The notes under the pieces: generated by a model
The model's input: the letters and a program-made list of their open reading frames with translations, nothing else
What the model was told of the DNA's origin: nothing
Database searches by the model: none
Shown: piece after piece, positions 21,406-35,663 of the stretch
Layout: the number at the start of each line of letters is the position of its first letter
How positions within the stretch are numbered: the stretch's first letter is position 1
Origin: Dryocola boscaweniae
GTDB lineage: Bacteria; Pseudomonadota; Gammaproteobacteria; Enterobacterales; Enterobacteriaceae
Assembly: GCF_025215095.1 (NCBI RefSeq)
Contig: NZ_JALHAP010000078.1
Location: forward strand, 277,425-317,424
DNA length: 40,000 nucleotides
Reading direction: 5' to 3'
Translations under genes and position numbers: made by a program

Positions 21406-22812
21406 ATGTCCAAACAACAGATCGGCGTTGTCGGTATGGCAGTGATGGGGCGCAACCTGGCGCTGAACATCGAAAGCCGTGGCTACACCGTCTCCGTTTT
21501 CAACCGCTCCCGCGAAAAGACCGAAGAAGTAATTGCTGAGAACCCAGGCAAGAAACTGGTTCCTTTTTATGCGGTGCAGGAGTTTGTTGAATCGCTGGAA
21601 AAGCCTCGTCGTATCCTGTTAATGGTGAAGGCTGGCGCAGGCACTGATGCAGCCATCGATTCTCTAAAACCGTACCTTGATAAAGGCGACATTATTATTG
21701 ATGGCGGTAACACATTCTTCCATGACACCATCCGTCGTAATCGTGAACTGTCTGCAGAAGGCTTCAACTTCATCGGGACCGGTGTTTCCGGCGGTGAAGA
21801 GGGGGCGCTGAAAGGCCCATCCATCATGCCAGGCGGCCAGAAAGAAGCTTACGAATTGGTTGCACCGATTTTGACTAAAATTGCTGCGGTAGCAGAAGAC
21901 GGCGAGCCTTGCGTGGCCTATATTGGTCCAGACGGCGCTGGTCATTACGTTAAAATGGTACATAACGGCATCGAATACGGCGATATGCAACTAATTGCAG
22001 AAGCCTACGCACTGTTGAAAGGTGGCCTGAATCTATCCAACGAAGAGCTGGCGCAGACTTTCACCGAGTGGAATGAAGGTGAACTGAGCAGCTATTTGAT
22101 CGATATCACTAAAGATATCTTCACTAAGAAAGACGAAGAGGGTAAATACCTTGTTGATGTGATTCTAGATGAAGCCGCAAACAAAGGCACCGGTAAATGG
22201 ACCAGCCAGAGCTCCTTGGATCTGGGTGAGCCATTGTCACTGATCACCGAATCCGTGTTCGCACGTTACATCTCTTCTCTAAAAGAGCAGCGTGTTGCTG
22301 CATCTAAAGTGCTATCCGGCCCACAGGCTGAGCCAGCCGGTGACAAAGCGGAATTCATCGAGAAAGTCCGTCGCGCGCTGTACTTGGGCAAAATCGTTTC
22401 TTACGCTCAGGGCTTCTCTCAGTTACGCGCTGCGTCTGATGAGAACAGTTGGAACCTGAACTACGGTGAAATCGCGAAGATCTTTCGTGCTGGTTGCATT
22501 ATCCGCGCCCAGTTCCTGCAGAAAATTACCGACGCTTATGCTGAAAATGCTGGCATCGCAAATCTGTTGCTGGCTCCATACTTTAAGCAAATTGCTGATG
22601 ACTATCAGCAGTCACTGCGTGATGTGGTGGCCTATGCTGTTCAGAACGGTATTTCAGTGCCGACGTTCTCTGCAGCTATTGCTTACTACGATAGCTACCG
22701 TGCCGCTGTGTTACCTGCGAACCTAATTCAGGCACAGCGTGACTACTTCGGTGCGCATACCTATAAGCGTATTGACAAAGAAGGTGTGTTTCACACCGAA
22801 TGGCTGGATTAA
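21406..22812 (+). CDS. gnd: 6-phosphogluconate dehydrogenase (decarboxylating)
   Basis: [30 protein letters not shown] from the second ATG, 468 aa. Near-identical to recalled E. coli Gnd throughout. An aggag SD lies upstream. Confidence 0.97.
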   Translation: MSKQQIGVVGMAVMGRNLALNIESRGYTVSVFNRSREKTEEVIAENPGKKLVPFYAVQEFVESLEKPRRILLMVKAGAGTDAAIDSLKPYLDKGDIIIDGGNTFFHDTIRRNRELSAEGFNFIGTGVSGGEEGALKGPSIMPGGQKEAYELVAPILTKIAAVAEDGEPCVAYIGPDGAGHYVKMVHNGIEYGDMQLIAEAYALLKGGLNLSNEELAQTFTEWNEGELSSYLIDITKDIFTKKDEEGKYLVDVILDEAANKGTGKWTSQSSLDLGEPLSLITESVFARYISSLKEQRVAASKVLSGPQAEPAGDKAEFIEKVRRALYLGKIVSYAQGFSQLRAASDENSWNLNYGEIAKIFRAGCIIRAQFLQKITDAYAENAGIANLLLAPYFKQIADDYQQSLRDVVAYAVQNGISVPTFSAAIAYYDSYRAAVLPANLIQAQRDYFGAHTYKRIDKEGVFHTEWLD

Positions 22813-22838
22813 TCTGGTTTAACTCAATTCGATAGCAA

Positions 22839-22867
22839 GGCCCGGTGATAATGACCGGGCTTTTTTA
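22839..22867 (+). terminator. Rho-independent terminator after gnd
   Basis: Stem gcccggt / accgggc with a 7-nt loop, followed by tttttt, about 30 nt after the gnd stop. Confidence 0.7.
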
Positions 22868-23058
22868 TTGATACAAATCCCTAGCCACTCATGTCACCAA
22901 GTTCTCCTTGATATCAAAAATATATTGCAGAATAAGTTGCTGCTTTAGTTCTTCTTTGCAGAATGGTCCTCGCTTTAACAGTGAAAAACCACAAAGGTTG
23001 TTTATTGTGGCGATGCTGTTTATGCTTCCTTATATACAAATGTGAAAAAATAGAACGA

Positions 23059-24225
23059 ATGAAAATAACAATTTCAGGAACAGGCTATGTTGGTCTCTCA
23101 AACGGTATCCTGATAGCACAAAACCATGAAATAGTCGCGCTGGATATCGTGCAAGCCAAAGTGGATATGCTTAACCAAAATATTTCTCCTATTGTTGACA
23201 AAGAGATTCAGGAATATTTAACAAGCAAGCCGCTTAACTTTCGTGCTACCACGGATAAAAAAGATGCCTATAGCGGCGCCGATTATGTAATTATCGCCAC
23301 GCCGACGGACTACGATCCGAAGAGCAATTACTTCGATACCTCAAGCGTTGAAGCCGTTATTAAGGATGTTATCGCGATTAATCCAAATGCAGTTATGATT
23401 ATTAAATCCACGATTCCAGTCGGTTTTACTCAGTCGATTAAAGAAGCGCTGGGTATTGACAACGTGATTTTCTCACCAGAATTCCTGCGTGAGGGTAGGG
23501 CACTTTATGACAACCTGTATCCGTCACGTATTGTCATCGGTGAGCGCTCTGAGCGTGCAGAACGTTTTGCCGAATTGTTACAGGAGGGGGCTATCAAAAA
23601 AGATGTCCCAGTATTGTTTACCGATGCCACGGAAGCAGAAGCAATTAAACTTTTCGCCAATACCTATCTGGCCATGCGTGTAGCCTATTTCAATGAGCTG
23701 GACAGCTACGCCGAAAGTCTAGGGCTGAACACGCGTCAGATCATTGAAGGTGTTTGCCTCGACCCGCGCATCGGTAACCACTACAATAATCCATCCTTTG
23801 GCTACGGTGGCTACTGTCTGCCAAAAGATACTAAGCAACTGTTAGCTAACTATCAGTCTGTACCCAACAATCTGATCTCAGCGATTGTGGATGCTAACCG
23901 TACGCGTAAGGACTTTATTTCTGATTCTATTTTGGCGCGTCAGCCGAAAGTAGTGGGCGTGTACCGTTTGATCATGAAGAGCGGTTCGGATAATTTCCGC
24001 GCATCGTCTATTCAGGGGATCATGAAGCGTATCAAGGCGAAAGGTGTTCAGGTTATTATTTACGAGCCAGCGATGAAAGAGGATGAATTTTTTCATTCAC
24101 GTGTGGTGCGTGAATTGAGTACGTTCAAGGAAGAGGCGGATGTGATTATTACGAACCGAATGGCAGAAGAGTTGGCTGATATTTCCGAAAAGGTTTATAC
24201 TCGTGATTTATTTGGTAACGATTAA
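23059..24225 (+). CDS. ugd: UDP-glucose 6-dehydrogenase
   Basis: The ATG at 23059 gives [16 protein letters not shown] (388 aa), the canonical Ugd start. [12 protein letters not shown] contains the catalytic Cys. The track start at 22963 adds an unsupported Cys-rich extension. Confidence 0.95.
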   Translation: MKITISGTGYVGLSNGILIAQNHEIVALDIVQAKVDMLNQNISPIVDKEIQEYLTSKPLNFRATTDKKDAYSGADYVIIATPTDYDPKSNYFDTSSVEAVIKDVIAINPNAVMIIKSTIPVGFTQSIKEALGIDNVIFSPEFLREGRALYDNLYPSRIVIGERSERAERFAELLQEGAIKKDVPVLFTDATEAEAIKLFANTYLAMRVAYFNELDSYAESLGLNTRQIIEGVCLDPRIGNHYNNPSFGYGGYCLPKDTKQLLANYQSVPNNLISAIVDANRTRKDFISDSILARQPKVVGVYRLIMKSGSDNFRASSIQGIMKRIKAKGVQVIIYEPAMKEDEFFHSRVVRELSTFKEEADVIITNRMAEELADISEKVYTRDLFGND

Positions 24226-24254
24226 ATTTCTTCTCTAAGTCTAATGGCCGTATG

Positions 24255-24289
24255 TAAATAGTGCTAATGTTTACTATGAGCACTATTTA
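24255..24289 (+). terminator. Perfect 11-bp hairpin after ugd (possible weak terminator or RNA element)
   Basis: taaatagtgct (24255-24265) pairs with agcactattta (24279-24289) across a 13-nt loop, 30 nt after the ugd stop. Only a short T-run follows, so terminator function is uncertain. Confidence 0.35.
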
Positions 24290-24501
24290 TTGTAACTATA
24301 CTAAGTAATAAGTTCTACTATAGCCCTCTAACATCAAACTTGATTGCTAAAATTAAATTCTATTTTCTCAAAGATTAATTTTTCCTTTAGATGAAATACA
24401 TTGGTTTTTTTATCGTGTTTTTATTTGCTCTATTTTTTTTGGAGTGTGTTTGGGGTGCTATATATTATAAATATGGAAGTGTTTTATTTGAAGAGATTTA
24501 T

Positions 24502-25725
24502 ATGAAGAAATTTGTATCGAAAGAGTTTTTGACAAATTTTGCTGGTTTGTCATCTATAAATGTGCTTGGTATTCTGCTACCATTATTAACAATGCCTTTT
24601 CTGTCAAGAAGTCTTGGCTCAGAAAGCTATGGCGTGGTGTTGCTTTTTTCAAGTCTCTTAATATTCATGGTCATTATTATTGACTATAGTACTAATATTA
24701 ATGGCGTGAGAGATGCCGCTGTTAACATGAATGACAAAAGTCTTCTTCAAGATATTTATGATAAATATCAAGGGATTAGGCTTTTTTTTGCGTTAGCATT
24801 TATTCCTTTATCGTTAATATATTGTTTGCTTTACCTTAGTCTATTCGACACTTGGCAGTACATTGAGGTCATTTTAGTAAGCGTGCTTGGTTATTATTTA
24901 TCTGCTCCATGGTTTCATCAGGGTACTTCAACCCTTGCTTTTTTCTCTGTAATTTCTATATTTACCCGTCTTCTGCAAACGGTTGCTATCTTTTATTTTG
25001 TACATGACGAAAATTCTGCATTTATTGCTATGAGACTCAATGCTTATTTTTTCTTAATTTCCGGTTTTATTATGTATTTATATCGATTGAAGAGGATGAG
25101 GATAAAGGAATCATATAAGATTTCCTTTCCCCTAAAAGATTTAAAAGAAGGATGGGATACTTTTCTTGGCGATTTCTCCCCAAATCTTTATAGTAATATT
25201 CCACCTTTAATTATCGGAGCTTTAGTTAACCCGGTAATTTTTGCATGTTACTCCTTAGCTATAAGAATGATTAATATTGCTGGTAGCTTTCAATCAATTG
25301 CGGCAAGAGCATTGTACCCACTTATTGTAAAGGGTACTGCAACTTTTAGAATATTATTTTGTATTAATTTAATAATGTCGATTGTTCCAGTTGTTATAAT
25401 TATTTTTTTTGGTAGGGATTTGGTATTATTATTGTTGGGTAATGGATATGAGCAGTCTTATATTTACTTGTTGATATGTACTCCTAGTATTATTCTTTAT
25501 TCAATACTATGTTCTTTTGCTTATGGTTTCTTTCTCCCTAACAGGCATGATAAAATTTTTAAAAGGATTTCCATTTTTTCGTCTGTTATTCCTGCGTTTA
25601 TTGGCTATCCTCTTATTCATTTCTTTGATGTCTATGGCGCCATATTTATGTTGGTGCTAGCGAGAGCAATGTTTGCATTTTCTTATTCATATTTTTACTG
25701 GAGGTTAAACAAAAAATTAATATAA
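24502..25725 (+). CDS. wzx: O-antigen repeat-unit flippase Wzx (MOP/PST family)
   Basis: From the ATG at 24502, MKKFVSKEFLTNFAGLSSINVLGILLPLLTMPFLSRSLGSESYG is a typical Wzx N-terminus. 407 aa, about 12 hydrophobic spans, very AT-rich. The open frame extends upstream to an ATG at 24391 (37 extra hydrophobic residues, no SD). Confidence 0.75.
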   Translation: MKKFVSKEFLTNFAGLSSINVLGILLPLLTMPFLSRSLGSESYGVVLLFSSLLIFMVIIIDYSTNINGVRDAAVNMNDKSLLQDIYDKYQGIRLFFALAFIPLSLIYCLLYLSLFDTWQYIEVILVSVLGYYLSAPWFHQGTSTLAFFSVISIFTRLLQTVAIFYFVHDENSAFIAMRLNAYFFLISGFIMYLYRLKRMRIKESYKISFPLKDLKEGWDTFLGDFSPNLYSNIPPLIIGALVNPVIFACYSLAIRMINIAGSFQSIAARALYPLIVKGTATFRILFCINLIMSIVPVVIIIFFGRDLVLLLLGNGYEQSYIYLLICTPSIILYSILCSFAYGFFLPNRHDKIFKRISIFSSVIPAFIGYPLIHFFDVYGAIFMLVLARAMFAFSYSYFYWRLNKKLI

Positions 25726-26039
25726 CCAATTAGGAGTGTGCAAAGTTTTCAATGAATAGTAGTCGCTTGGTTGCGTCAATAATAAATATTTAGCTTGTGA
25801 TTTTTAGTCTTTGTTGATAGTAACTCTTGCCTTCATTTTTTAGAATGTGAACAACATATTGTGGTGATGGGATTGGGTTTGGTTGTTTTATGTTTTTAGT
25901 TAATATTAATATTGTGTGGGAATAGGATACCGTTTAGTTTTCCTGTCTGCTCTCATTAAATAAAAAATCATAATGATTATTTTAAGGGTTATTAACTGCA
26001 AGTTAATATTAAGGTGATTGATTTTCATTGATAGAGTAT

Positions 26040-26988
26040 GACTTTACAAAATTACAAAATTACTCACTTCCCTTTTTAGAGAGGTTTGAGTTTTGAAATC
26101 AATTACCTGATACAGTGATTTAATGTTGGCACCGGTTTCTATAACATCGCCTGGTAACATCGGCATCATATTTTTTCTGCTTCAACCTCTGATGCCTTTT
26201 CAACATCCCTCAGCTTGACAGGTAAACTATTGTTCATATTGTTAACGGGGGATATGGTGCGGAATTGATTGCCCGGGAGTTAGTTTCCACAGTCCCGTTT
26301 ATGTCTACCCGAGGTATCCGGACAATCGCTTCAGCAATATAATTGATACAGGTGAGGTCACGCTGTATCTTACAATTGTTATAAATGTCAATACTTTTCC
26401 CTTCGGTCATAATCTTAGTGCGCTTAAAGAGTACTATGTCCGGACTGCCTCTTGGGGCATACACCGTAATGAAATGCAGGCCGTTGGTTGGCAGGTTATA
26501 AAGATAGTAGTAAGTATGCGACATCAGTTCGTTGACTTTTTTGATGGACGCTGGAGTGATGCCGGGTAGTCAACCGAGTCATCGGTAGAAAACGGCATTT
26601 TGCAGTTCAGACCATGTATGGAACAGGAAGAAGCGTACAGGAGATGGGGAACCTTGTTATGACAACAGACTTCAGCACACATGGCAAAACTATTTGCCGA
26701 TGAGAAGTTTGATCGCGTGATTCACTTTGCAGTTCAGACCGGTGTGTGTTATTTGATCGAAAATCTGTACGCCTAGGCTGATTCAAAATTTTTTGGCCAT
26801 TTATGTTATCACGGTTGGCCAGATACAGTTTAAAAAGCGTGAAATTTCCTGATAAAAAAATCTAAGTGCGCTGTATACGACTGACGTCGTATTAATCATA
26901 CACGTTTTCAAGTTCAACAATTTGATGTCCTACTTTCAAAAACGCGCTTACCAACAAGGCCCGCTACACATGTAATCAGAAATTTCAT
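26040..26988 (-). pseudogene. gla: Decayed UDP-glucuronate 4-epimerase (gla/uge type, SDR) with frameshifts, stops and an internal inversion
   Basis: Minus-strand pieces read MKFLITCVAGLVG (Rossmann, ATG at 26988 with gaggaa SD) and GHQIVELENVYD*YDVS, then (after the inverted segment) CCHNKVPHLLYASS-SIHGLNCKMPFSTDDSVDYPASL, HTYYYLYNLPTNGLHFITVYAPRGSPDIVLFK, GKSIDIYNN-KIQRD and MMPMLPGDVIETGANIKSLYQVIDF. These are collinear with recalled Gla/Uge sequences but need several frameshifts and contain in-frame stops. Track ORFs 26234-26524 and 26914-27096 are fragments of this gene. Confidence 0.75.
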
Positions 26989-27177
26989 ATGGTTCCTCAC
27001 CAAGCATCTACGCCATGACTGCTTAACTGCACCAAAATGGGGTTCATGATAGTGCGATATGCTCGGCTTACTAAACCTTTTTTCGATATAATTCATCTGA
27101 TTCCTATAGTAAATTATTCAACAAGCGGTACACTAAGTGAATAATATTTTTTTACGCTTTTACCGCTAAAGGATTGT

Positions 27178-28158
27178 ATGTCTCAGAACGACAATAACGT
27201 GGTCAGTCGTAGTAGTGACCCTGAGCAAATTGATTTCATTGATCTTATAATGCAGCTTTGGCGCGGTAAGTGGACGATTATCGCGTTTGTCATTGTTGCT
27301 ATTGTGCTTGCAGGCGCGTATTTACTTGTTTCTAAAGAGAAATGGACTTCCACAGCGGTTATCACTCAGCCAGATGCTGCGCAAATTGCAACATACAACA
27401 ACGCGTTAAACGCTATTTACGGCAATTCGGCACCCAACATTACGGATGTACAGAATCGTGTGGTTGGGCGCTTAAGTTCCTCAATGTCGGCCTTGTCCGA
27501 AACTCTGGCGAATCTGGAGGCACCTGAAACATTGACGATTGAACCTTCAGTGAAAGGCCAGCAGTTACCGCTGAAAATTTCCTATGTTAGCGATACTCCG
27601 GAGAATGCCCAGGCTAAGGTTGCTCAGTATCTTCAACAGGTTGATGAGCAAGTTGGCGCAGAGTTAGGGGTTGACCTTAACGACAGCATTAAAATGCAAA
27701 TTACCACGCTTGAAGATTCTCTAAAAACTCAGGAAAAAGTGGCTCAGGAACAAAAAGATCTGCGTATTAAGCAGATCAGCGAGGCGCTGAAATTTGCTAC
27801 AGAAGCAAAAGTTGCTTCACCTCAGTTACAGCAGACATCAGATGTGACTCAGGATACGATGTTTTTGTTAGGCAGCGAAGCGTTGTCCTCAATGATTAAA
27901 AATGAGGCGACTCGTCCATTGGTATTTTCTCCGGCTTATTACCAGACCAAACAAAACCTGTTCGATATCCAGAACCTGAAAATCGATCCTAAAACTATCC
28001 ATGCGTATCGCTATGTGATGAAGCCAACCCTTCCTCTTCGCCGCGATAGCCCGAAAAAGGGTATTACCCTGATACTGGCGACGTTGCTGGGTGGAATGAT
28101 TGGCGCTGGCGTGGTGTTAGGACGTAACGCGATTCGCAATTACAAAACCGTTGCTTAG
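27178..28158 (+). CDS. wzzB: O-antigen chain-length determinant WzzB (Cld/Rol, PCP-1 family)
   Basis: 326 aa. DPEQIDFIDLIMQLWRGKWTII, KEKWTSTA-ITQPD and the C-terminal RRDSPKKGITLILATLLGGMIGAG match recalled E. coli WzzB. There is a TM span at each end. Confidence 0.92.
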   Translation: MSQNDNNVVSRSSDPEQIDFIDLIMQLWRGKWTIIAFVIVAIVLAGAYLLVSKEKWTSTAVITQPDAAQIATYNNALNAIYGNSAPNITDVQNRVVGRLSSSMSALSETLANLEAPETLTIEPSVKGQQLPLKISYVSDTPENAQAKVAQYLQQVDEQVGAELGVDLNDSIKMQITTLEDSLKTQEKVAQEQKDLRIKQISEALKFATEAKVASPQLQQTSDVTQDTMFLLGSEALSSMIKNEATRPLVFSPAYYQTKQNLFDIQNLKIDPKTIHAYRYVMKPTLPLRRDSPKKGITLILATLLGGMIGAGVVLGRNAIRNYKTVA

Positions 28159-28173
28159 TTTTTCAAATGAAAC

Positions 28174-28200
28174 AAAAAGGCCGCATCAGCGGCCTTTTTC
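28174..28200. terminator. Bidirectional terminator between convergent wzzB and hisI
   Basis: aaaaaggccgc atcag gcggccttttt: a GC-rich 7-bp stem flanked by an A-run and a T-run, so it can serve both strands. Confidence 0.75.
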
Positions 28201-28214
28201 ACATCCGGACAAAA

Positions 28215-28819
28215 TCACTTATGCCGCTTACGCAAATTCTCGATCACTGCGCTCAAATCTAAATCCTGATCCTGCAGTAGCACCAGCAGGTGATACATCA
28301 AATCCGATGCCTCATTAGTCAACTCATGGCGATCGTTTACCGTCGCTGCCAGCGCGGTTTCAACGCCTTCTTCACCCACTTTCTGCGCGATGCGCTTGGT
28401 GCCGCTGGCGTACAATTTTGCGGTGTACGAACTTTCCGGATCGGCAGTTTTGCGCGATGCCAGCAGCTCTTCCAGCTCAAATAAGAAATGCCAGCTATGT
28501 TTGGCTGGAGCGAAGCAGCTTGAGTTACCGAGGTGGCAGGTCGGGCCAATCGGATTTGCCAGCACCAGCAGGGTGTCGTTGTCGCAATCAGGCGTGATGC
28601 TGACTACATTCAGGAAATTGCCGGAGGTTTCGCCCTTCGTCCACAGGCGCTGTTTGGTACGCGAGTAGAAGGTAACCTTGCCGCTCTGTTCTGTCTGCGC
28701 CAAAGCTTCGGGATTCATATATCCCAGCATCAACACTTCGCCTGATACGGCATGTTGTACGATGACCGGTATCAGGTCATTGGTTTTTACCCAGTCCAGT
28801 TGGGCTCGTTGCTGTTGTG

Positions 28820-28826
<7 letters not shown>
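28215..28826 (-). CDS. hisI: Bifunctional phosphoribosyl-AMP cyclohydrolase / phosphoribosyl-ATP pyrophosphatase
   Basis: 203 aa. [33 protein letters not shown] and the C-terminal ENLRKRH match E. coli HisIE. Confidence 0.97.
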
Positions 28827-34376
<5,550 letters not shown>

Positions 34377-34380
34377 GGGT

Positions 34381-35280
34381 TTACTCCATCATCTTCTCAA
34401 TTGGCAGCACCAGAATGGAGCTTGCACCCAGCGCTTTGAGTTTTTCCATGGTTTCCCAGAACAGGGTTTCGCTGCTCACCATGTGCATCGCCACGCGCTG
34501 CTGATCGCCTGCCAGCGGCAGAATGGTTGGGCGTTCGGCGCCAGGCAGCAGAGCGACTATCTCGTCCAGGCGCTCGCTTGGCGCGTGCAGCATAATGTAT
34601 TTAGATTCGCGCGCCTGAATCACGCCCTGAATACGGGTCATTAATTTGTCGATCAGTTGCTGCTTGGCTTCCGGCATTTCGCCGTCGCGCTGGATCAGGC
34701 AGGCTTTGGAGCGGTAAATCACTTCCACTTCGCGCAGGCCGTTTGCTTCAAGGGTGGCGCCGGTGGAAACCAGGTCGCAAATGGCGTCAGCCAGACCGGC
34801 GCGTGGGGCAACTTCAACGGAACCGTTTAACAGGCAGGATTTAAACTGCACGCCTTTACCATCAAGATAGCGCTTTAGCAGGTGAGGATAAGACGTTGCG
34901 ATACGCTTGTTGTTCAGGCAAGCAGGACCATCCCAGGGATCGTCTACGGAAACAGCCAGCGAGAAGCGACAACCGCCGAAATCCAGACGACGCAGGGTGA
35001 AATAACGCGGGTCTTCGCCCTGCGCGCGGCGGGTCAGCAACTCTTCTTCCAGCACGTTTTCACCAATGATGCCCAGATCTACCACGCCGTCCATTACCAG
35101 GCCGGGAATGTCGTCGTCACGCACGCGCAGAATGTCGATGGGCATATTTTCTGCCAGCGCAATTAAACGCTGGGTGTGCAGATTGATTTTTATGCCGCAG
35201 CGGGCCAGTAATTCGCGTGAATCATCGCTAAGTCGCCCGGATTTCTGAATAGCTATGCGTAAACGGTTATTGTCTAACAT
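34381..35280 (-). CDS. hisG: ATP phosphoribosyltransferase
   Basis: The ATG at 35280 gives [32 protein letters not shown] (299 aa, as in E. coli). The longer track ORF, reaching 35403, reads through the attenuator and is not credible. Confidence 0.96.
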   Translation of the reverse strand: MLDNNRLRIAIQKSGRLSDDSRELLARCGIKINLHTQRLIALAENMPIDILRVRDDDIPGLVMDGVVDLGIIGENVLEEELLTRRAQGEDPRYFTLRRLDFGGCRFSLAVSVDDPWDGPACLNNKRIATSYPHLLKRYLDGKGVQFKSCLLNGSVEVAPRAGLADAICDLVSTGATLEANGLREVEVIYRSKACLIQRDGEMPEAKQQLIDKLMTRIQGVIQARESKYIMLHAPSERLDEIVALLPGAERPTILPLAGDQQRVAMHMVSSETLFWETMEKLKALGASSILVLPIEKMME

Positions 35281-35316
35281 TGGTCGTTGCCCCTTAGTCA
35301 TGCCTGTCTGTCGTCC

Positions 35317-35352
35317 AAAAAAAAGCCCCCGAAAGAAATCTTCCGGGGGCTT
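35317..35352 (-). terminator. his attenuator terminator hairpin
   Basis: The minus strand reads agcccccggaagatttctttcgggggc followed by T8, between hisL and hisG. This is the same architecture as the E. coli/Salmonella his attenuator. Confidence 0.85.
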
Positions 35353-35414
35353 CATCACTCGTTCATGCACCTCTGGAAGATCTTTTCGTCTTCCAGCACA
35401 CATCGCCTGAAAGA

Positions 35415-35465
35415 CTAGTCAGGATGATGGTGATGATGGTGGCTTGCAGTTTGAACGCGTGTCAT
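35415..35465 (-). CDS. hisL: his operon leader peptide
   Basis: The minus strand reads atg aca cgc gtt caa act gca agc cac cat cat cac cat cat cct gac tag, giving [16 protein letters not shown] (16 aa, six consecutive His codons). Confidence 0.9.
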   Translation of the reverse strand: MTRVQTASHHHHHHPD

Positions 35466-35503
35466 AAAATTCTCGTATGAATGTTTATTCATGATGTGCT
35501 TTT

Positions 35504-35533
35504 AACGTAAACCAGATTCAGCGTTGAGCGCAA
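35504..35533 (-). promoter_or_regulatory. Probable his operon promoter
   Basis: The minus strand reads ttgcgc, then an 18-nt spacer, then tacgtt, followed by aaaagcacatca. It aligns positionally with the recalled E. coli hisp (TTGCTT-N18-TAGGTT-AAAAGACATCA). Confidence 0.55.
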
Positions 35534-35663
35534 GGGCTTTTTACCCTCATGTTTAATATTCTGTTTGAGCACGCTAATTGTCAGTTCGCTTAACGTGGCG
35601 TAGCCTTATTACAGGCGAGTCAAACCAGCGCAGCATAAAATGCTGCGTCTCAGGAGAGAAGGC

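Noticed and set aside
26234-26524. 96-aa and 60-aa (26914-27096) minus-strand ORFs as independent small genes.
   Set aside because: Both are in-frame fragments of the decayed UDP-glucuronate 4-epimerase gene (see pseudogene call), not stand-alone genes.
35281-35403. Upstream extensions offered by the ORF track for hisG (to 35403). The same applies to manB (3165), wcaJ (4639), rmlA (15029), ugd (22963), hisB (32038) and yeeZ (35640).
   Set aside because: The extensions run through the his attenuator, a REP element, an upstream gene or unsupported sequence. Internal starts with Shine-Dalgarno sites reproduce the canonical N-termini and lengths of the families.
35629-35647. 7-bp hairpin cgcagca-taaaa-tgctgcg just upstream of the yeeZ SD.
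   Set aside because: The stem is short with no T-tract and I have no evidence of conservation. It could be incidental, so it is not reported as a feature.
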